Assembly (NCBI GenBank): GCA_964016885.1
Contig: OZ024766.1
Location: 17,298,001-17,362,000 of the forward strand
DNA: 64,000 nt
Source of the DNA: Eledone cirrhosa
Lineage: Eukaryota
Reading direction: 5' to 3'
Part shown: positions 54,116 through 64,000 of the stretch, one piece after another
Numbering within the stretch: the stretch's first letter is position 1
Layout: the number at the start of each line of letters is the position of its first letter
The notes under the pieces: generated by a model
The model's input: only the letters and a program-made list of their open reading frames with translations
Database searches by the model: none
What the model was told of the DNA's origin: nothing
Program-made: the position numbers and the translations under genes

Positions 54116-55142
54116 CTGGAGTTTGACAGAGAGAAAAGAGGTTGGTTGATGAGATTGTTTTTCTTTTTTTTCTTTCTTTGTTCCCTTTCCTATATATTTG
54201 TTTCTGTTTTCGTTCTTTTTATTTATTTGTGTGTTTACTGATTCACTTTTTTAAAACATATTATATATTTTATTAACCATTTAGCATTTACATTACTCTA
54301 TATATACTATTGTATTGTCACAGTAAAGGCTTTACCTCACATAATATCTCACATAACATTTATATTACTCTATATATACTATTGTATTGTCACAGTAAAG
54401 GCTTTACCTCACATAATATCTCATATAACATTTACATTACTCTATATATACTATTGTATTGTCACAGTAAAGGCTTTACCTCACATAATATCTCACATAA
54501 CATTTATATTACTCTATATATACTATTGTATTGTCACAGTAAAGGTTTACCTCACATAATATCTCACATAACATTTACATTACTCTATATATACTATTGT
54601 ATTGTCACAGTAAAGGCTTTACCTCACATAATATCTCACATAACATTTATATTACTCTATATATACTATTGTATTGTCACAGTAAAGGCTTTACCTCACA
54701 TAATATCTCACATAACCTTTACATTACTCTATATATACTATTGTATCGTCACAGTAAAGGCTTTACCTCACATAATATCTCACATAACATTTACATTACT
54801 CTATATATACTATTGTATTGTCACAGTAAAGGCTTTACCTCACATAATATCTCACATAACATTTATATTACTCTATATATACTATTGTATTGTCACAGTA
54901 AAGGCTTTACCTCACATAATATCTCACATAACATTTATATTACTCTATATATACTATTGTATTGTCACAGTAAAGGCTTTACCTCACATAATATCTCACA
55001 TAACATTTACATTATTCTATATATACTATTGTATTTTCACAGTAAAGGCTTTACCTCACATAATATCTCACATAGCATTTACATTATTCTATATATACTA
55101 TTAAAACCCACAAGCAGGTAATACATACATCTCTGTCTCTCT

Positions 55143-55210
<68 letters not shown>

Positions 55211-57687
55211 ACGAGTAGGACCCCGACGGCAGAGCTCAAGCCATTTCGACGGCTATTTCTGGACTGAATTAGTCCAGAATTAGTCGTTGAAATGGCTTGA
55301 GCTCTGCCGTCGGGGTCATACTTGTTCCTATTACCCATTCTACTACCTTAAGTATTGAGTACTTTGGTGCGTTATGGTCCATTTGGTTCCTTACCACATT
55401 TCCTTCGTTATATATATATATGTATATATATACATACACACATACATACAGGATGTCTCCCTAAGATGGATACACTTTTTATGAGAATGCTGTTGAAGTG
55501 TGCATGCATTTTTGGGGGACATCCTTGCATATATACACATACATGCATATATATATATATATATATATATGTTATCTTGTGAGTAAATTGTAGTTAGTAG
55601 CGGTGATAATGGTTAAGAAATATCCGCGATGTGGCGAGGATTACTGCTATAGGAAATTAGATACTGTAAAGTGGTCATGTAGGTATCACAACAAACAGCA
55701 CCCAGACCACACTGTAAAGTGGTCATGTAGGTGTCACAACAAAAGGTACTCAGTCCAGACTGTAAAGTGGTCATGTAGGTGTCACAACAAAAAGCACCCA
55801 GTCCACACTGTAAAGTGGTCATGTAGGTGTCACAACAAAAAGTACCCAGTCCACACTGTAAAGTGGTCATGTAGGTGTCACAACAAAAAGTACCCAGTCC
55901 ACAATGTAAAGTGGTCATGTAGGTGTCACAACAAAAAGTACCCAGTCCACACTGTAAAGTGGTCATGTAGGTGTCACAACAAAAAGTACCCAGCCCACAC
56001 TGTATAGTGGTCATGTAGGTGTCACAGCAGAAAGTACCCGTCCACTCTGTAAAGTGGTCATGTAGGTGTCACAACAAAAAGTACCCAGCCCACACTGTAA
56101 AGTGGTCATGTAGGTGTCACAACAGAAAGTACCCAGTCCACTCTGTAAAGTGGTCATGTAGGTGTCACAACAGAAAGTACCCAGTCCACACTGTAAAGTG
56201 GTCATGTATGTGTCACAACAAATAGCACCCAGTCCACACTGTAAAGTGGTCATGTATGTGTCACAACCAACAGCACCCAGTCCACACTGTAAAGTGGTCA
56301 TGTAGGTGTCACAACAAAAGGTACCCAGTCCACTCTGTAAAGTGGTCATGTAGGTGTCACAACAAAAAGTACCCAGTCCACTCTGTAAAGGGGTCATGTA
56401 GGTGTCACGACAAAAAGTACCCAGCCCACACTGTAAAGTGGTCATGTAGGTGTCACAACAAAAAGTACGCAGTCCACTCTGTAAAGTGGTCATGTAGGTA
56501 CCACAACAAAAAGTACACAGCCCACACTGTAAAGTGGTCATGTAGGGGTCACAACAAAAAGTACCCAGTCCACTTTGTAAAGTGGTCATGTAGGTGTCAC
56601 AACAAAAAGTACCCAGTCCACACTGTAAAGTGGTCATGTAGGTGTCACAACAAAAGGTATCCAGCCCACACTGTAAAGTGGTCATGGAGGTGTCGTGACA
56701 AAAAGTACCCAGTACTCACTGTAAAGTGGTCATGTAGGTGTCACAACAAATAGCACCCAGTCCACACTGTAAAGTGGTTGTGTAGGTGTCACAACAAAAA
56801 GTACCCAGTCCACACTGTAAAGTGGTCATGTAGGTGTCACAACAAAAGGTACTCAGTCCACACTGTAAAGTGGTCATGTAGTTGTCACAACAAAAAGCAC
56901 CCAGTCCACACTGTAAAGTGGTCATGTAGGTGTCACAACAAAAGGTGCCCAGTCCACGCTGTAAAGTGGTCATGTAGGTGTCACAACAAAAAGTACCCAG
57001 TCCAATCTGTAAAGTGGTCATGTAGGTGTCACAACAAAAGGTGCCCAGTCGACACTGTAAAGTGGTCATGTAGGTGTCACAACAAAAAGTACCCAGTCCA
57101 CTTTGTGAAGTGGTCATGTAGGTGTCACAACAAAAGGTGCCCAGTCCACGCTGTAAAGTGGTCATGTAGGTGTCACAACAAAAAGTACCCCGTCCACACT
57201 GTAAAGTGGTCATGTAGGTGTCACAACAAAAGGTACTCAGTCCACACTGTAAAGTGGTCATGTAGGTGTCACAACAAAAAGCACCCAGTCCACACTGTAA
57301 AGTGGTCATGTAGGTGTCATAACAAAAAGTACCCAGTCCACTCTGTAAAGTGGTCATGTCGGTGTCACAACAAAAAGTACCCAGTCCACTCTGTAAAGTG
57401 GTCATGTAGGTGTCACGACAAAAAGTACCCAGTCCACACTGTAAAGTGGTCATGTCGGTGTCACAACAAAAAGTACCCAGTCCACTCTGTAAAGTGGTCA
57501 TGTAGGTGTCACAACAAAAGGTACTCAGTCCACACTGTAAAGTGGTCATGTAGGTGTCACAACAAATAGTACCCAGTCCACACTGTAAAGTGGTCATGTA
57601 GGTGTCACAACAAAAAGTACCCAGTCCACACTGTAAAGTGGTCATGATGGTGACAATGATGACATTAGTGATGATAAAGTTACCTAC

Positions 57688-57810
57688 CAATGCAAGTCAT
57701 TCCATTGATTATAAAGCCATCATGGCAGTCACAACCATAACTCCCTGGTAGGTTTACACAGGTACCATTCGGTGTACAAACATTGGAATCCTGTTTACAT
57801 TCATCAACAT
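57688..57810 (-). CDS. cbEGF exon: [41 protein letters not shown]
   Basis: CAG acceptor, variant donor G|GTAGGT. Confidence 0.9.
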
Positions 57811-58827
57811 CTGGAGTTTGACAGAGAGAAAAGAGGTTGGTTGATGAGATTGTTTTTCTTTTTTTTCTTTCTTTGTTCCCTTTCCTATATATTTGTTTCT
57901 GTTTTCGTTCTTTTTATTTATTTGTGTGTTTACTGATTCACTTTTTTAAAACATATTATATATTTTATTAACCATTTAGCATTTACATTACTCTATATAT
58001 ACTATTGTATTGTCACAGTAAAGGCTTTACCTCACATAATATCTCACATAACATTTACATTACCCTATATATACTATTGTATTGTCACAGTAAAGGCTTT
58101 ACCTCACATAACATCTCACATAACATTTACATTATTCTATATATACTATTGTATTGTCACAGTAAAGGCTTTACCTTACATAACATTTACATTACTCTAT
58201 ATATACTATTGTATTGTCACAGTAAAGGCTTTACCTCACATAATATCTCACATAGCATTTACATTATTCTATATATACTATTGTATTGTCACAGTAAAGG
58301 CTTTACCTCACATAATATCTCACATAACATTTACATTACTCTATATATACTATTGTATTGTCACAGTAAAGGCTTTACCTCACATAATATCTCACATAAC
58401 ATTTACATTATTCTATATATACTATTTTATTGTCACAGTAAAGGCTTTACCTCACATAATATCTCACATAACATTTACATTACTCTATATATACTATTGT
58501 ATTGTCACAGTAAAGGCTTTACCTCACATAATATCTCACATAACATTTACATTACTCTATATATACTATTGTATTGCACAGTAAAGGCCTTACCTCACAT
58601 AATATCTCACAAAACATTTACATTATTCTATATATACTATTGTATTGTCACAGTAAAGGCTTTATCTCACATAATATCTCACATAACATTTACATTACTC
58701 TATATATACTATCGTATTGTCACAGTAAAGGCTTTACCTCACATAATATCTCACATAGCATTTACATTGTTCTATATATACTATTAAAACCCACAAGCAG
58801 GTAATACATACATCTCTGTCTCTCTCC

Positions 58828-58858
<31 letters not shown>

Positions 58859-59194
58859 GGGACGAGTAGGACCCCGACGGCAGAGCTCAAGCCGTTTCGA
58901 CGGCTATTTCTGGACTGAATTACTCCAGAATTAGTCGTTGAAATGACTTAAACTCTGCCGTCGGGGTCATACTTGTTCCTATTACCCATTCTACTACCTT
59001 AAGTATTGAGTACTTTGGTGCGTTATGGTCCATTTGGTTCCTTACCACATTTCCTTTGTTATATATATATACGTATATATATACATACACACATACATAC
59101 AGGATGTCCCCCTTAAATGGATACACTTTTTATGAGAATGCTGTTGAAGTGTGCATGCGTTTTGGGGGGACATCCTTGCATATATACACATACA

Positions 59195-59230
<36 letters not shown>

Positions 59231-60392
59231 ATCTTGTGAGTAAATTGTAGTTAGTAGCGGTGATAATGGTTAAGAAATATCCACAATGTAACGAGGATTA
59301 CTGCTATGGGAAATTAGATACGTTCCAAAGAAATATCCACGATGTGGCAAGGATTACTGCAATAGGAAATTAGATACTGTAAAGTGGTCATGTAGGTTTC
59401 ACAACAAACAGCACCTAGTCCACACTGTAAAGTGGTCATGTAGGTGTCACAACAAAAAGTACCCAGTCCACACTGTAAAGTGGTCATGTAGGTGTCACAA
59501 CAAAAAGTACCCAGCCCACACTGTAAAGTGGTCATGTAGGTGTCACAACAGAAAGTACCCAGTCCACTCTGTAAAGTGGTCATGTAGGTGTCACAACAAA
59601 AAGTACCCAGCCCACTCTGTAAAATGGTCATGTAGGTGTCACAACAAACAGCACCCAGTCCACACTGTAAAGTGGTTGTGTAGTTGTCACAACAAAAAGT
59701 ACCCAGTCCACACTGTAAAGTGGTCATGTAGGGGTCACAACAAAAAGTACCCAACCCACCCTGTAAAGTGGTCATGTATGTGTCACAACAAACAGCACAC
59801 AGTCCACACTGTAAAGTGGTCATGTAGGTGTCACAACAAAAAGTACCCAGTCCACACTGTAAAGTGGTCATGTAGGTGTCACAACAAATAGCACCCAGTC
59901 CACACTGTAAAGTGGTTGTGTAGGTGTCACAACAAAAAGTACCCAGTCCACACTGTAAAGTGGTCATGTAGGTGTCACAACAAAAGTACCCACTTCACTC
60001 TGTAAAGTGGTCATCTTGTTGTCACAACAAAATGTACCCAGTCCACACTGTAAAGTGGTCATGTAGGTGTCACAACAAATAGCACCCAGTCCACACTGTA
60101 AAGTGGTTGTGTAGGTGTCACAACAAATAGCACCCAGTCCACACTGTAAAGTGGTTGTGTAGGTGTCACAACAAAAAGTACCCAGTCCACACTGTAAAGT
60201 GGTCATGTAGGGGTCACAACAAAAAGTACCCAGTCCACTCTGTAAAGTGGTCATGTTGTTGTCACAACAAAAAGTACCCATTCCACACTGTAAAGTGGTC
60301 ATGTAGGTGTCACAACAAATAGCACCCAGTCCACACTGTAAAGTGGTCATGATGGTGACAATGATGACATTAGTGATGATAAAGTTACTTAC

Positions 60393-60515
60393 CTACACAA
60401 GTCCTTTCATTGAATATAAAGCCATCATGGCAGTCACAACCATAACTCCCTGGTAGGTTGTGACAGCTACCAGAGGGTGTACAAAGACTGGAGTCCTGTT
60501 TACATTCATCAACAT
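60393..60515 (-). CDS. cbEGF exon: [41 protein letters not shown]
   Basis: CAG acceptor, AG|GTAAGT donor. Confidence 0.92.
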   Translation of the reverse strand: MLMNVNRTPVFVHPLVAVTTYQGVMVVTAMMALYSMKGLV

Positions 60516-63500
60516 CTGGAGTTTGACAGAGAGAAAAGAGGTTGGTTGATGAGATTGTTTTTCTTTTTTCTCTTTCTTTGTTCCCTTTCCTATATATTTG
60601 TTTCTGTTTTCGTTCTTTTTATTTATTTGTGTGTTTACTGATTCACTTTTTTAAAACATATTATATATTTTATTAACCATTTAGCATTTACATTACTCTA
60701 TATTTACTATTATATTGTCACAGTAAAGGCTTTACTTCACATAATACCTCACATAACATTTACATTACTCTATATATACTATTGTATTGTCACAGTAAAG
60801 GCTTTACCTCACATAATATCTCACATAACATTTATATTACTCTATATATACTATTGTATTATCACAGTAAAGGCTTTACCTCACATAATATCTCACGTAA
60901 CCTTTACATTACTCTATATATACTATTGAATTGTCACAGTAAAGGCTTTACCTCACATAATATCTCACATAACCTTTACATTACTCTATATATACTATTG
61001 TATCGTCACAGTAAAGGCTTTACCTTACATAACATTTACATTACTCTATATATACTATTGTATTGTCACAGTAATGGCTTTACCTCACATAATATCTCAC
61101 ATAACATTTACATTACTCTATATATACTATCGTATTGTCACAGTAAAGGCTTTACCTCACATAATATCTCACATAACATTTATATTACTCTATATATACT
61201 ATTGTATTGTCACAGTAAAGGCTTTACCTCACATAATATCTCACATAACATTTATATTACTCTATATATACTATTGTATTGTCACAGTAAAGGCTTTACC
61301 TCACATAATACCTCACATAACATTTACATTACTCTATATATACTATTGTATTGTCACAGTAATGGCTTTACCTCACATAATATCTCACATAACATTTACA
61401 TTACTCTATATATACTATTGTATTGTCACAGTAAAGGCTTTACCTCACATAATATCTCACATAACATTTACATTACTCTATATATACTATTGTATTGTCA
61501 CAGTAAAGGCTTTACCTCACATAATATCTCACATAGCATTTACATTATTCTATATATACTATTAAAACCCACAAGCAGTTAATACATACATCTCTGTCTC
61601 TCTCCATATATATATATATATATATATAGGGACGAGTAGGACCCCGACGGCAGAGCTCAAGCCATTTCGACGGCTATTTCTGGACTGAATTAGTCTAGAA
61701 TTAGTCGTTGAAATGGCTTGAGCTCTGCCGTCGGGGTCATACTTGTTCCTATTACCCATTCTACTACCTTAAGTATTGAGTACTTTGGTGCGTTATGGTC
61801 CATTTGGTTCCTTACCACATTTCCTTCGTTATATATATATATGTATATATATACATACACACATACATACAGGATGTCCCCCTTAAATGGATACACTTTT
61901 TATGAGAATGCTGTTGAAGTGTGCATGCATTTTTGGGGGACATCCTTGCATATATACACATACATGCATATATATATATATATATATATATGTTATCTTG
62001 TGAGTAAATTGTAGTTAGTAGCGGTGATAATGGTTAAGAAATATCCGCGATGTGGCGAGGATTACTGCTATGGGAAATTAGATACGTTCCAAAGAAATAT
62101 CCGCGATGTGGCAAGGATTACTGCGATAGGAAATTAGATACGTTCCAAAGAAATATCCGCGATGTGCCGAGGATTACTGCGATAGGAAATTAGATACGTT
62201 CCAAAGAAATATCCGCGATGTGGCAAGGATTACTGCTAGAGGAAAGTAGATACGTTCCAAAGAAATATCCGCGATGTGGCGAGGATTACTGCTGTAGGAA
62301 ATTAGATACTGTAAAGTGGTCATGTAGGTGTCACAACAAACAGCACCCAGTCCACACTGTAAAGTGGTCATGTAGGTGTCACAACAAAAAGCACCCAGCC
62401 ACACTGTAAAGTGGTCATGTAGGTGTCACAACAAACAGTACCCAGTCCACACTGTAAAGTGGTCATGTAGGTGTCACAACAAAAAGTACCCAGTCCACAC
62501 TGTAAAGTGGTTGTGTAGGTGTCACAACAAAAAGTACCCAGTCCACACTGTAAAGTGATCATGTATGTGTCACAACAAATAGCACCCAGTCCACACTGTA
62601 AAGTGGTTGTGTAGGTGTCACAACAAAAGGTACTCAGTCCACACTGTAAAGTGGTCATGTAGGTGTCACAACAAAAGGTACTCAGTCCAGACTGTAAAGT
62701 GGTCATGTAGGTGTCACAACAAAAAGCACCCAGTCCACAATGTAAAGTGGTCATGTAGGTGTCACAACAAAAAGTACCCAGTCCACACTGTAAAGTTGTC
62801 ATGTAGGTGTCACAACAAAAAGTACCCAGTCCACACTGTAAAGTGGTCATGTAGGTCTCACAACAAAAAGTACCCAGCCCACACTGTAAAGTGGTCATGT
62901 AGGTGTCACAACAAACAGCACCCAGTCCACACTGTAAAGTGGTTGTGTAGGTGTCACAACAAAAAGTACCCAGTCCACACTGTAAAGTGGTCATGTATGT
63001 GTCACAACAAATAGCACCCAGTCCACACTGTAAAGTGGTCATGTAGGTGTCACAACAAAAGGTACCCAGTCCACACTGTAAAGTGGTCATGTAGGTGTCA
63101 TAACAAAAAGTACCCAGTCCACTCTGTAAAGTGGTCATGTAGGTGTCACAACAAAAAGTACCCAGTCCACTCTGTAAAGTGGTCGTGTAGGTGTCACGAC
63201 AAAAAGTACCCAGTCCACACTGTAAAGTGGTCATGTAGGTGTCACAACAAAAAGTACCCAGCCCACACTGTAAAGTGGTCATGTAGGTGTCACAACAAAC
63301 AGCACCCAGTCCACACTGTAAAGTGGTCATGTAGGTGTCACAACAAAAGGTACCCAGTCCACTCTGTAAAGTGGTCATGTAGGTGTCACAACAAAAAGTA
63401 CCCAGTCCACTCTGTAAAGGGGTCATGTAGGTGTCACGACAAAAAGTACCCAGCCCACACTGTAAAGTGGTCATGTAGGTGTCACAACAAAAAGTACCCA

Positions 63501-64000
63501 GTCCACTCTGTAAAGTGGTCATGTAGGTATCACAACAAAAAGTACACAGCCCACACTGTAAAGTGCTCATGTAGGTGTCACAACAAAAGGTACCCAGTCC
63601 ACACTGTAAAGTGGTCATGTAGGTGTCACAACAAAAGGTACCCAGTCCACACTGTAAAGTGGTCATGTAGGTGTCACAACAAAAGGTACTCAGTCCACAC
63701 TGTAAAGTGGTCATGTAGGTGTCACAACAAAAAGTACCCAGTCCACACTGTAAAGTGGTCATGTAGGTGTCACAACAAAAAGTACCCAGTCCACACTGTA
63801 AAGTGGTCATGTAGGTGTCACAACAAAAGGTACTCAGTCCACACTGTAAAGTGGTCATGTAGTTGTCACAACAAAAAGCACCCAGTCCACACTGTAAAGT
63901 GGTCATGTAGGTGTCACAACAAAAGGTACCCAGTCCACACTGTAAAGTGGTCATGTAGGTGTCACAACAAAAGGTACTCAGTCCACACTGTAAAGTGGTC

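Overview
AT-rich, repeat-dense eukaryotic (metazoan) DNA. The RTE/SINE/microsatellite complement looks cephalopod (octopus-like), which is inference. Nearly all long ORFs in the supplied track are artefacts of microsatellites and minisatellites. The main hidden structure runs from 15.3 kb to the window end: a tandem array of ~3-5 kb cassettes, each holding one 123-nt, phase 1-1, minus-strand exon for a single calcium-binding EGF domain (11 exons, 9 distinct peptides). The exons vary mostly at amino-acid level while their flanking introns are nearly identical. Each intron is built from 48-, 72- and 56-bp minisatellites, a 121-bp hairpin and a mini-MITE. One intron carries an intact CR1-type LINE with a G_GGA_AAC slippery site at the ORF1/ORF2 junction. 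The first 15 kb holds two inverted RTE LINE fragments, inverted SINEs, several foldbacks with hammerhead-ribozyme motifs, a 1.75-kb GAA-rich tract followed by a candidate signal-peptide exon (+), and a 129-bp tandem repeat.
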